Source of the DNA: Amoebophrya sp. A120
Lineage: Eukaryota > Protista > Dinoflagellata
Assembly: GCA_905178155.1 (NCBI GenBank)
Contig: CAJINV010000006.1
Location: 4,408,339-4,472,338 of the forward strand
Length of the DNA: 64,000 nucleotides
Direction of reading: 5' to 3'
The position numbers were made by a program, and so were the translations under genes. Position 1 is the first letter of the stretch. Every line of letters begins with the position of its first letter. Positions 52,101 to 64,000 of the stretch are shown piece by piece. The notes under the pieces are model-generated. The model was not told the origin of the DNA, made no database searches, and saw only the letters and a program-made list of their open reading frames with translations.

Positions 52101-52396
52101 CCCGAAGGGGTGCGCGGAGGCCGAAGGCCCCGCGAAGGCCCCCCGAAGGCCCCTCAAAGGGGGGGGCGAAAAGGCCCCCGCAAGGGGGGTCGGAAAAAAA
52201 TTTACGGCAGGTTTTCGAGGCCCGAGGCCCCCCCGAGGCCTCCCCAAGAGGCCCATCGAACCTCGGGCGAGGGGGCTCATTGAACCCCCTTCGGGGGGTC
52301 AGCGATAGTTCTTGGCCGATTCTCGGTCGACCAAGGGGTTGCGAAGGGGGTTCATTGAGGGGCCGAAGGCCCTTCAAAGAGCAAAATCATCATTAA
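49104..52396 (-). mobile_element. 3.3-kb GC-rich non-autonomous Helitron-like element
   Basis: On the minus strand starts A|TTAAT (52396) and ends with hairpin GGGTCGGCC-aaac-GGCCGACCC then CCATCTTG|T (49104); sharp GC contrast with AT-rich flanks; many CCCCGAAGGGG and GGTATCGAAGACC repeats. Confidence 0.55.
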
Positions 52397-54936
52397 TAGT
52401 AGTTAATTTAAATTTAAATAAAAAAAACAGTTCCTTCAGGCACAGACTCCAAATTTTTACCTTGCAACTGCGAAAAACAGGACTACAATGCAACTTTTAG
52501 AGCAGCACTGCTTTGTGACCTTCCCAACTGGTAGACTTTCAACTTTCAAGACCGACAACAGCGTAAGTTTTCAACAACTTCTATTTTTCTCGTCTCAACT
52601 TTCAGACTTTATCTTTTCCTTTTCAACAAGAACGCTTTACTTTTCAAAAACGACTTTAAGAGTTTTACGTTTAGTTTTCAAAATAGTATCTATCGTTTTC
52701 TGTTGCCAGGTTCGTGTAGTTGTCCAACAGAAAAAGGTTTTTCTATGAGGGTCCAAGCCACAAGTTGCTTGCCCAGCTTGTCTTTTTGTTGAAGTAGCGC
52801 TAGCCACGTGAGAGAAAGCAAAAAACTTTCAAGAGGTTCCGCGTGACCACTCACAACAAACAAACAAACAAACAAGATATTACTCAAAATAGAAATATAA
52901 GATAGGCATATTAGGACGATAAATTTTTTATGGGCGTTCACAACATTTCTCATTCTGATTCTTCCAGCATACAAGCTATTTCACTGTATCTGCAGTTTTT
53001 AGAAGTTCAGAAGCATCAAAAAATCTATCCGATAAAAAAGTTGCTTTTACTGTACCTGATGTGACGAGTTACATGCTGGCTTAATGCCGCAGAGAAATGT
53101 GCCACCATTAATTATGTCAGTATACCAAGCTGCTTTTTTTTTTCATTCTTTTTAAATGTACTTCTCGCATGATCTCACCACAGCCACGGCCATGTCAAGA
53201 ATGTCATCTCTATGGAGTGGGCCTGTGCGCGTGGGGTCGTGAGCTTTGTCTCTTGAGCGACACGATTTTATTTATTTCTGTGTAGCAACCCTTTTTCATT
53301 TTCTTTTTCTTTATGGTGGAGCTGCCGCTGAGGCAAAATGCTATCAACGTAAGAAGTGCTCGCGAGAGAGCTTTTTCTATTCGTCAAACGATCCATTTTT
53401 TTTTCCGATAGACGATGCATGTCCAAGAGCAAACACGCAATTTTGTCTTCTGGTTTTAGAGTATTAATTGAGTTGTGGAATTAAGGTGAAGCATGCAATG
53501 GAAGATAGAAGACATTTTGTTTTTGATTTTGGTACAGTGCAACTTGCTAGTACCTGTTCCAGGTTTATGATTTTGGTTTTCAGGGTGGGAGTAAAGCTAA
53601 AGGCGATAGAAAATCAGAGTTGTTTTATGCTTCAAGAATTTTGTTGTGCCATGGACATGGTTTATTGCTGTCGATACTGCGATAGCGATTTACATACCGA
53701 TACCGTGCCATGGTAAAAACCTTTTTTGCACCTTCAGTAACTGCTGTAGGCAACTGCATGAAGATCCATCTTCATGCGCCGCAGTAGAAGCAAGGTGGGT
53801 ATTAAAAGAGATTTTTGGATAAATCTACAAAGTTGCTTTGTTATTGTTTGATCAACAAATTATACAAAGGGCTCTTCCTATTACTGGGCACAGCGGTCGT
53901 GGTGGTAACAAGGTGAGAACGTTTGAGATTGGAGGAAAAAGGAAGCGTATCAGGTAGAAGAAGCTTTACCACGGCATTTATTCACTCTCCCTGTTTTCCT
54001 ATAGAGGGTGACTAGGTGTATGGAAATTGCCCCTACTTATGTTGTTGTTTTGTTTCTAATGGGGGACGAGAAGATGGAAATAAAGTATAACCGCTGTACT
54101 TACAAGAAAGCCAACGTGGCATTTGGGGAAAAAAAATACAGCAGCTGCAGACTACGCTATCTAGTATCAAAAAGGAGAGGAACCAGGTTGTTCCTGGTCG
54201 ATGAAAAAGGTTGTGGAAAAAAGAACCAGTAAGTATAAGCATTGATATTTTGAAGCGGCGGAGCAATGCTGTGGTGATTTTTTTTGGAGAAAGCAGATAC
54301 ATAGCAGCTGCTGTATTTCGAATCAAGCGACGTACAGCATGTGGTTGATATTAGCTGGTATAGGGCGCGGAAGACGCAAGAGTTACCATGGGAAATAAGC
54401 TGTTCATCGTCATCCTCGTGTTAAAGCTCCATCGACCAAGCTGATAGGCGTTTCGAGAAATAAGCCAAGCTCACTGCTGCTACTCTGATCTAATTTTTGC
54501 GATCATCGTTTGCTGTTTCTAGACGACACGTCGATCCAGCAGTAAGGAAGATCAGCATCCCGTGATTTTGAATCGCATCGCCAACGATCATGAAATTTTT
54601 GCGTCCCTTTGGCGATCTTTGTTTTTGCTCTTTGTTAATTTTCTTTTTGCATGGGTGCATCGGCTCCAGAGGTGCCGGTTCCTGGTCATCTGGTTCGTTT
54701 TTGTTTTGCAACGTTCATTGAGAAAAAAACGTCACCTACGACAAAATATTTCATCTGTATTTCTTTTTTCAACATCAAGACCGTCTCCTTCGGCAAAAAT
54801 TGGATCGCAAGCGTCGAGGGGCACAGAAACGTGATTTCATCTGTTGTTTCGCTTATTTTAGTACCTTGTTCTGTTGCAGAACTACAATATCAATATTTAT
54901 CAGTCGTGCAACCGCAAGGCACAACGTGTTTCAACT

Positions 54937-57900
54937 ATGTTTCAATCACGTGGATTGGGTGGAGCGGGCATTTCTCATTCTCTGCCCTGCGTGCTGGCGA
55001 AGACACTTCTACTGTTTGTGGCAGTAGTCGTGCATCAATCTGCGATTTCAGAAGTCCACGCGTCCGAAGCCGGGCGGAAATACAGCGAAGATTACATCAC
55101 GGATCTCTCCTATCCAAGAAAAAAACTTTGTAAGTGTAAATCTGTGATGCGAAGCATGTAACACACTTACACTTGTCATGCTAGGCAACCATGAAGTCCT
55201 CTTTCATATGTGTTTTCACGTACTGGCTGTGCGTGACAGGCTTTCTTTGTAATGCGGAACAGATTTGGCATGCTGTCACCTCAAGACACGTACACCAACA
55301 CAATTTTTTTCTTGCGATATCTCCTGGTGCCGGAGCTTGTCCCACCACTTCAAGTGGGAACGGTTGTTGCAATTGCAACGAAACTGCGAGCTGACGGTCG
55401 TAAAAAGAGAACAACAACTTCTATCAAGCGGCAGCTATAGCAATTTTGTTGGTGTGGAAGAATTGGAACTTTTTCTCTGTAGCGACAACGCAGATTGTTC
55501 TACCAATCCTTCCGGTTCAACATCAGCATCAGCATCGCCTTCTTCCCCTGGAGATGAAAAGAAAGCGACAGCAGATCATGCAGACCAACCGGATACCGCT
55601 TTCTCGAAAGCAGCCGACGCAGTAGAATTTGCGCTGGAGTGGCAATGGGCTCGTCCTATCCTGAGTAAAAACGCACCCACACCAGAGTTGTAGTGCAGAT
55701 TTGCAAAGACTGGAAGACTTGTAATGCGCATCCCCATGAGAGCCATTTCCAGTCGTGTTTTGGAATTTGTGATGCTGTGAACAGGATGAGGAGGTGGATT
55801 TGTTATGCGGATTCCCTTGCTAAACTGCACTACAATACAGCCTGCAAGTTGTCATGCGTGACTCACAAAACTCCTAGGTTTGTGTTGCAAAATCCCCACC
55901 CTGACTCTGGTGTGGGTACGTTTTTACTCAGGATACGTCCCACGGAGTATCTATGTGCGAACGGCTTGGTCACAGCGACGCTGATACTTCTGCATGAGGA
56001 TGTGAAAAACCGGTTTTTAGCCACCTTTGCGCAAGATGTTGACACCAACGCGGACGATGAAACTCGCACTACGAATGCAAAAAATTATTCTATCCTCGAC
56101 TTGCACAAGGCCCTGCAAATCGAAGCGCTGTTGAAGCGGATGAGCGAGAAGGTTTTTCTTCTGGACGCGAGCTTGTGGGGCGGAAAGTCGTTCATGGTGA
56201 AAGAATATTTTCAGAAATACAGCCGGTTACTAGAGAGAGGAGGACCACAGAACGACCACAACCCTGAGGAGATGAACAGTAGACATCCGATGTCACAACT
56301 AAAAAACAGTATTGTCGAACCTGATGAAAATATCGCCGCTGAGATGGAGAAAATGCGTGCGCAGCCGGTGACGTTTCTGGTGCCCGAATTGACGGAAGAT
56401 TTGGCTTTGCATCTATTGGAACATTTTGCGAACGAGCATTTGATATTGACTTTTAAGCCGGTTGAGCAAAAGAATTATAGAGAAGAACCTGCTTCTCTCG
56501 TCGATACTGGCGAGGACAAGAGCCGTGGTGTCAGCAAGCAGGACCAGGAGCAGGCTGAAGTCGATGCTGCGAACGGGGAGAACAATGATCTAGCCGTCAC
56601 TGACGATTTGGTGACAAACCGGAAAAATAAATCCGCGGACGAACAAGAAGCAGTGGACAATAAGTGGCACTATGAACTTATGAACTGCAAAAGTATCGTA
56701 CTCGTATAAATGCATGACAAATTCCCTCAGCATGTTGAGAAACAAAATTTGTAATGCGGATCTACCTAGAGAAAAGAATTTGTAATGCAAGACTTGCATT
56801 TGTACGAGTACGATACTTTTGCACAGGATAGAACTGATGGACATGAAGTTAAAAAACTGGGTCTTCTTTGACCATATGCATTGCAAATGTGTCCTCTGGG
56901 TGTGTGGAAACTTGTGATGCTTGTACATGTGTGAGAAGCTACTGACTCCAATACGCAGCCACGCATGAGAACAAATTTATCAGCGGTTATGTGGTGCGCA
57001 ACCTGCAGGAGAAATCGCGTTTTTGCATGACAGAGGGTTGTTGCTAGTCCACAACATGCATCTTCACAGAGTTCAGGATCAGGGGTATGGATGCGAGTTC
57101 AGCAATACAAGTCTCGCACTCTGCTTCCAGACCCAGATCGATATTTGCAGTGCATAGACCACCCCGCGGACCAGCAACACGCACAGGAGGAGCAGACAAT
57201 GATTGGCACGCTCGTGAATGGGATGGCGGAGAATGTGCCCACCCCACTCGCTTTCGTAGTGCTGAACAAAAATTTCCTGCCCAAAAACCGCCAAAGCTTG
57301 CTGAAGATGATCCGGTACGCGACCTTGGAGCAGGACAACGTGCAAGTGGTTGGTACCGGATTCGCGAAAATCGGGAATGTTTTGAACGACTGGTGCTACG
57401 TTTTGGAGTTGAAGGATTGGCGGATGAAGTTTTCCCCTTGGTACAGAGAGTCTTTACTCGCGGTGAATACCCAGTTGAAACAGCAACTGCAGATGATGGG
57501 GTTATCAAATGCAAAAATGTCTGGGTCTGGGAGAGGCACTCTGTTTTTGCATGAGACAGAAGGTCTGGCATGGAAGCCCTAGCATCACAGGTTTCGAAAA
57601 GGTTCCGCAATGCCTAATCCGCATGACAAGTCCCCCACTTTGGTGGCAGAAAGTGGGCAACTTTTGCTGTCTATGCATGAGAGATTTGTGTGTGCTGTGA
57701 AATGCGCATCACAAGTTTGCACACTTCCAGACCCAGACATATTTGCAATGCATAGGGGTCGCTGCAGAACCAAAGAGTTGATGGAGATCACGCAGGAGCT
57801 GCGTCCAGTCAGTCTGAAATGCAGCAGCAACTAATGCAGGAGTTTATCCAAGAAAACATCCTGGGCACTTCCATCCGTGGATCCTGGTTTGAAGGCGTGC

Positions 57901-60398
57901 AGGACGACCAAAATAACCCCGACGGCACTTCTACGCAGAATCTTCAAATGATATCCTTCCCAGCGAAGGTCTGTGACACCACCAGCCCCTCTTTTCTGAT
58001 CCGCACAGAAGTTTTGAAACGAATCCCGCTGGTATCCTGAGCAAAACCGGGCTGGCCCACACCCCATAGTCAAGATAGGAAATCCGCTAGACAAATCGGC
58101 AAGCTTTGGCTGTTGCGCATGACGAATTTAAGGTCGGGGCGTAGTGGTCTTTCGCTATTGTACCAGCATCACAGACCTCGCGTATCATTCTGATTCGAGC
58201 GTCACAAAAAGCGAAACACCACTAGGGAATGCTTCTCATCATGGGTCTCCGCATGAGAAACATTTTACGCATGCAGAATCGCATTACAACTCTGGCGGCG
58301 TGGGGACGACGTTTTTACACAGCATAGCTGGATCCCTCGAATATCAAACACGGGGATTTACTCGCGCTGGAATACTTTATCCGGCTGAAAAAACAACTAC
58401 CAGTACCGGTGAAAGTGGCGAGCGTAGTAGACGCCGAGATGGGATATCTCGTTGGGGAGGGCAAGGAAACAGCACCTGGTGCCAGCGAAGTACTAGCGGA
58501 GCGGAGTGAGCTACATCAACCAGTAGATGAGAGTACAGTTTCTAAGTGTACGACTTGCGTTGACGCGGAGACCTTCATAGGAGACGACGGGTTCTCAACA
58601 TCGGGAACAAGCGCAACAACGAATTATACACGACGACCCGCCTCCCATCCTACTAGTAGTGCAACCTCCAAGAACTCGTCCCCAAGAATGATAATTACAG
58701 CCGCCTCTAGTAGAACATCAAGTTCTGCTATGCTCTACGGCTCTTCCATCTTCCTGACCGACAATCCAAGTAAAATCAAACAACTGGAATCTCTCTGGCG
58801 TGCCCTCGCGGGGAAGAAATTTGCCGCTGTCACCGACCTACGCGAAGTGGAATTGCCGCACTTTGCGCAGGGGGAAATCGGGTTTGGGAGCCTGGAGTCC
58901 CGGTTTCAGGAGCAGAGAGAAATGATGTTGGCGGAGCAGGAAAGAATAAAAACGCCAACCAGTGCAGCTATTCCAGCAAATAATAAAATACAAACAACCC
59001 AGCACCACCGTTCCTTCCACCAGGTCACCACGGTTCTGAATTTCGGGTGCAACCTTTCTATTGCGAATTGTGAAATTCCGCTGTGGGTTTACCGTGGTTG
59101 GTCAGCTCCGCCGTGTTGCAGGCGGACGCTGCGCCGGCTGCTGTTCTACATCACAGACCTCTTCGACAAAGTCGGGATCCGCTATTTTTTGACCGACGGG
59201 GGATTGTTAGGGGGATTGAAGTACCATTCTCTAATTCGTTGGGACGCAGACATTGACTTGCAAATCCACGGAGAGGATTTCGACAAGTATCTGCTTGGGA
59301 AAGCAGCATTACAAACTGGGACTAGCATCGGGTTTCCGCATGACAAATCAAGTAATCTTACCACAGCATCAACGACCTTGGAAGAGCAGATCACGAAAGA
59401 TGGTTTTTTTTTGCGCAAACATCAGACCTCGAAGACACAGTTTCTGCTGCAAGTATCCTGTGCAAAAGTATCGTACTCGTAGTAATCGCAGTCATGCATT
59501 ACAAATTTCTTTCTCAAGTTAAATCCGCATTACTCTCACGCTGGGGAAATTTGTCATGCGATTTATACTAGCACGATGCTTTTGCATTTCATAGCAAGCG
59601 AACGTGAACAACTACCTTTTGATTGAGCTGAATAAGCGGGATTACGACCAATGGTTCTTCAACGACGACGACGATGAAAATGTAGATGCTGTGGACATAA
59701 AACAAGGCGACGTCAAGACCAGCGAGGTCGTGGAGAAAAGAACTAAATTACCCGTGGAGGGCAAGCTGTTCGATGTAGTGTACAAACCAGCAGGGCGAAG
59801 AACAGGTTATCAAATGTAAAAATGTCTGGGTCTGGAAGAATGCCAGACTTGTCATGCAGGTTTTCCATGACTCATGAAGTCTGGTATGTAGGACATAGCA
59901 TGACAGATTCTGTGAGAGTTCTATCGTGCCTATCCTGCATGAGAAATTGCCGCTCGATTAGGTCAAAAGTGGGCAGCTTTTGGTAATCACGCAACACAGA
60001 TTTTTACATGATTCAGATTTAGCATGACAAGCTGCTTTGTTCCAGACCCAGACATTTTTGCATTCCATACAGGTAGAAATACACCAACACCAACTGAGAA
60101 GAACGACGAGCAAGATCATCATCTGCACGAGACAACAACGTCCTCACCCGAAGATGCAAGAAGTGCAACTACATCTACTTCAGAGACCACGACGTTGAGA
60201 GGCCATCCACTTCGAGCAGATACCTTCACACCCCTCAAAGCGGTTCGAAACTGGTATGGCTACGGGTTTCTCGCCAATCGGCTACGGCACGTGCCCGAAT
60301 GGGAGGAAGCGGAGAACCCCTTGTTCTGTGCAACGCCCTATCACCACAACTGCGCGGATTTGCTGGCCAGCGCTGCGGTGCCCAGGGTTGTGTTTTGA
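54937..60398 (+). CDS. FKRP: Fukutin-related protein-like (FKRP/LicD family) phosphotransferase, ~1180 aa, 8 introners
   Basis: FGC..C...WSAPPCCRRTLR..GIRYFLTDGGLLGGLKYHSLIRWDADIDL matches the FKRP zinc loop and LicD WDxDxD motif; N-terminal signal anchor; all 8 junctions restore frame. The start codon is inferred. Confidence 0.85.
55111..55319. mobile_element. Introner family F
   Basis: DR TCTCC. Confidence 0.9.
55657..55935. mobile_element. Introner family C
   Basis: DR CGTCC. Confidence 0.9.
56679..56830. mobile_element. Introner family D
   Basis: DR GAACT. Confidence 0.9.
56875..57156. mobile_element. Introner family A, diverged
   Basis: DR GACCA. Confidence 0.85.
57503..57754. mobile_element. 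Introner family A
   Basis: DR GGGGT. Confidence 0.9.
58033..58326. mobile_element. Introner family C
   Basis: DR GCTGG. Confidence 0.85.
59454..59593. mobile_element. Introner family D
   Basis: DR GCAAG. Confidence 0.9.
59808..60069. mobile_element. Introner family A
   Basis: DR CAGGT. Confidence 0.9.
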
Positions 60399-63044
60399 TA
60401 TAAGCCGCGGGGCGGATGTTGGCGGGATGGGTGCAACAATCGTGGGAGATCCTCGTTGGACCTAGCTGTACTTACAGTTACACCAAAACTCGGCGAGGTG
60501 GGGTGATACCAGAGCACGACGAGATCGGCTGTTCGTTGTAGACCATCGGAAGGGCGGTTTTAGTTGAAACAGAGTTCTTGTGGGGTTTAGAACCGACAAA
60601 GAGCTCTGCTTGGAACCCTGCCTAGCGAAAAGATGGTGCGCAGTGCTGCGGGCATGGATGAAGAATTGCGGTCGTGAAGGGGACACGATGACGGTCGTGA
60701 TATTGAAGGGGAAAAGGCGGTGATTGTGTAAGTGCTCCAATTCGTACTTGTGTTTTTGTTTATTGATCATGAGCCACGAAAGTACTCCGACATAATTTTT
60801 GTGCAGATGACTTGCTGAACGGCAGCTGTTTTTCTTGCTGTTGGGCAGCCAACATGCAGCACGGCATCAGGTTGCCCTATATTTAACAAAAGAAATCGAG
60901 CTGCGTCGTGTTCAAGTGATACGTCTGCGAGGATGAAGCAGAATTGGTTACCCGGCGAGCGGACTGCTTATCCGGCTTTTGTGAATCAGTAGCAGCGTTT
61001 CCTGCTCGGTGAAGCCCCCGCCGCATTTGCGCGGCAGGTGTGGGCATTTGGCCCGGCCGGGCCGGCGCCCGGTCTGGGGCTGGACCCTGCGCGAGCAGCG
61101 CCGTGCCGATTCTGTCCAGAAAAAGCAGGGCGCGCGCGCAAGTGGGTGGGCTCCCCAGGTGGCCCGCTTGCGATGCGCCGCTTCTGGTTGCGCCGCCCTG
61201 TTCTATTCTGCGGCCGCACATGGACGCACACGCGCGCGGCGACACGGTCGCGCTTTGGTTCAAGCGCGCCCAGTACGGATGGAGCACATTAGGGGGCCTC
61301 GGCGGCCGCGGAAGCCTCCTACGCCGCCATGGACGCCGTGGCTTGGCGGCGGCGATCTTGGCAGAGCTGCAAAGGGCGGCGGCGCAGTTGATAAGTATGC
61401 GCCGGAGGCAAGTGGGCCCAGGGTTGGGGGCACAGGGCGGCGGCGTGCTCGCGTGTCGTATGGCGGAAGGCAGCGCGGCGCGTCTTTCCCGGCTCCCCTT
61501 TGGCGATGTGGCCCCCGCCCACTCCGCTCCGGGCGCTGGCGCGGCGCGGCAGGGATATGCTGCCCGGCGGCGCCGGAGTTGCGCAAGGAAGGGGAGGGCT
61601 TACGCGTCGAGGGAGGCGTCCTCGATGACAACGGAACTCCATGGCGCGCACGGCATACGATGGCGGCGAAATAGCCACCCCGCCGATGTTCACGGCCTCG
61701 CGCTCACATTCTATCTGGCGCGCGGGGCCCCGGCCCGCCGGCTCGGGCCGTCCCAGAAAACGGAGGCCCGTCCTAGGGAAAACGACAAAGCGGTCGGGGC
61801 CATCCCTCTTGTCATCGATCTGCCTTGCCGCGCGAGGTCGGGGCGCGCGCGGCGTGGCACCCGGCCGCAATTGCGGCCCGCCGGCGCCCCTCGCGTTGGC
61901 CCGCCGGCGCCCCTCGCGATTGGGGTGCCCGGCTGCCCCCACCAAGGCCGGGCGGCGCCTGGCGCGAGGCCGCCACCATGCTGCCGCTCCGCCCAGGCTT
62001 GGCCCGAGTCTAGCATTTATGGCCGGCCCATTTTTTGCGCGTTGCCGCCGGTCGCTGTCGCCGCCTAATTTCGATATTTTCCTTCCCCGCCCCTGGCCGC
62101 GTTGCGTGTTATTCTTTCCGCAACAGCTGGGTTGCTCTTGATTGTTACCTGCAGAAAGTGGGGCGGCCTGACGGGGCTTTCTGCGTGGTTGGTGTGTTGA
62201 TTTTTTTTCTGTGTAACGAGCGACGCGAGCTTGCTCCCCCCAAACCAAGCCTCGGAAGAATCTTGACGCTCAGCCATTTTTCCTGATCCGCGTGTTCACT
62301 CTGTCATGTCGCTGCCGGGGAACAAGCTACCGACGCTCAAAACAGTTAGACACTTCAGCTGCCACCCCCATGAGCGAGAGGAGCCAAGCCAAGTGTAGTA
62401 TGACAGACAACATTGAAGTGAATACTCGGGCGCATATTGAATGATACTTTTAGTGATGAAGTAGGCTTCTAAGTGCCATGTGTCGAGTGAAGAAAGGGAG
62501 GCGCGCGTTCTTGTTGAATTGTATGCACAAAGCACAAAGTCGATCTGGAATCTGATATTAGTGGCATTTTTTATCTTTCGCTCTTGTAGTGTTTCCGTCT
62601 TTCACGGTGGCAGTACGATTTTCTTCATATCAAAATCTTCACGACTTCTTCAAATTTCTGTTTGTCTTAGGACGTTGATCTTCACCTTGTACCCCCCCTG
62701 GTCGTTTGTATCTTAGGACTTTGAGCTGACACCCCGTAAGTATCTTAGCCTCCCAGTCTATACCTTGCTTTGCTTTTAGTGCGCTACTTGACATTGCTGT
62801 TCGTACTTGGAGGAAAACTTACTCGCAAAATCCAACTGAATATACTTGCGTCTAGCACAGCTCTCTCTGAAGTACGAGATGTTGGTTTTGGAGCGAAACG
62901 ATATGTAAAAACTAAAGCTGTTGTCAACAACAGCTGCAGCGAGGAAGGTTTACTCAAATATTGGATCAACATCTTGGTAAGGAACCCACCTCCTGAAGCT
63001 GCTTCTCTTCCTAGCCGCTTAGGCTAGCGCAGCCTCCGCCCAAG

Positions 63045-64000
63045 ATGCATCGGTTCGATACGTTTTCGAAGCCGCTACAGGAGTTTCAGGTGAAAACGAA
63101 AATTGGCGGCTACCTCTCCGTAACGTCAGTATGCATGATCGTGTACCTGCTGCTGTCGGAGGTGATGTTCTTCCTGGAGCTCGAGCAGAAAGACGAGATG
63201 GTGATAGACTTGTATCAACTGCAAAAGTGTCTGGGTCTGGAAGATTGCAACTTGTCATGCTGTTTTTGGACTCTAAAAAAATTTGTATTGCATGACCAGC
63301 AAGAAGAGGGGTGCAATGTGTGCTACACGGACAGGGCATTTCTCATGCGGAAGGTGCATCAGGAGGGCCTTTAAAAGTCTGCGAAGATGCTAGGTCATGC
63401 ATTACAGGCATCACGGGTCATGAGAAATATGCATGACAAATCTTGCATTCTTCCAGACCCAGACATTTTTGCATTTGATAACTTGAACCAAGACACAAAA
63501 ACCTTCAAGATGCACCTGGATTTGTGGGTAAGTACTAAGTAATTTGATTGATGTTGCAATGCGTAGCAAGAATAGTATACCCTGTGATGCATGAAATCGC
63601 ATGAAGTGAATTTTTTGTCCAAAAAAAAATCCACAAGAATTTGTTCTACAAATACACAGCTTCCAGAACTTCCTTGCGCGGTTGTCGCTTTGAATTTGGT
63701 ACACGTCAAGAACCAGGATAACGTAATGCACGTCGGGCACACGATATCGCAGGAAAAAAGTTTCACAGTTACACATTTGTACGTGGATTCAGCATCACAA
63801 ACTTGCGCAGCCTGACAGAGAAAATTTGCAATGCAGAAATCATAAAGGCAAAACACACATGAAACGAGGCTCGCAAGCATCTTGCGCATTCCAGAGGTTG
63901 TTTATCTTGCGTGCTTTGCAACACAATGTGTAGCTGTAACGTTTTTTCTTTGCATACACGATCTTGAAGCAGAGGTGGGGCAAGGACCCGAAGTCAAGAG
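63045..64000 (+). CDS. ERGIC3: ERGIC3/Erv46-family ER-Golgi intermediate compartment protein, 3'-partial
   Basis: Spliced MHRFDTFSKPLQEFQVKTKIGGYLS-TM-EMVIDL|NQDTKTFKMHLDLW|LPELPCAVVALNLVHVKNQDNVMHVGHT|ILKQR matches the ERGIC N-terminal pattern; 2 introners and 1 GT-AG intron. The paralogue assignment is less certain than the family. Confidence 0.85.
63213..63480. mobile_element. Introner family A
   Basis: DR ACTTG. Confidence 0.92.
63528..63659 (+). other. Canonical GT-AG spliceosomal intron
   Basis: GTAAGT donor, ACAG acceptor; joins DLW to LPELPC in frame. Confidence 0.85.
63745..63956. mobile_element. Introner family F
   Basis: DR CACGA. Confidence 0.9.

Noticed and set aside
49279-52396. 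Overlapping Arg/Pro/Gly-rich ORFs as genes
   Set aside because: Open in many frames on both strands because of high GC and repeats; no domain recognised.
25622-60398. Stop-codon reassignment as reported for one Amoebophrya strain
   Set aside because: The spliced ORFs are open under the standard code and end at TAA or TGA.

Overview
Eukaryotic genomic DNA, most consistent with the parasitic syndinian dinoflagellate Amoebophrya (inferred from the introner architecture and a dinoflagellate spliced-leader fragment; not database-checked). Five plus-strand genes, plus two sites in a non-coding repeat, carry about 66 short terminal-inverted-repeat (TIR) elements. They fall into at least 10 sequence families, nearly all begin TAT and end ATA, and each sits between 5-bp direct repeats. 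Removing each element plus one repeat copy restored the reading frame at every genic junction I traced by hand except 16228-16618, so they behave as non-canonical introns (introners), in either orientation. The genes are: a 5'-partial unknown gene, a second unknown gene, a 23-kb gene of about 2970 aa with 44 introners, an FKRP/LicD-family gene and the 5' part of an ERGIC3/Erv46-like gene. Other mobile DNA: a 4.0-kb tyrosine-recombinase element with split direct repeats, a CCCH-finger ORF and no reverse transcriptase; two Helitron-like elements sharing TTAAT...hairpin-TCTTG ends; a TA-flanked TIR element inside an exon; and a retroposed insert with a 17-bp TSD nested in an introner. Three single-N gaps flank duplications that are probably assembly overlaps. 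Family letters A-J are my own labels.
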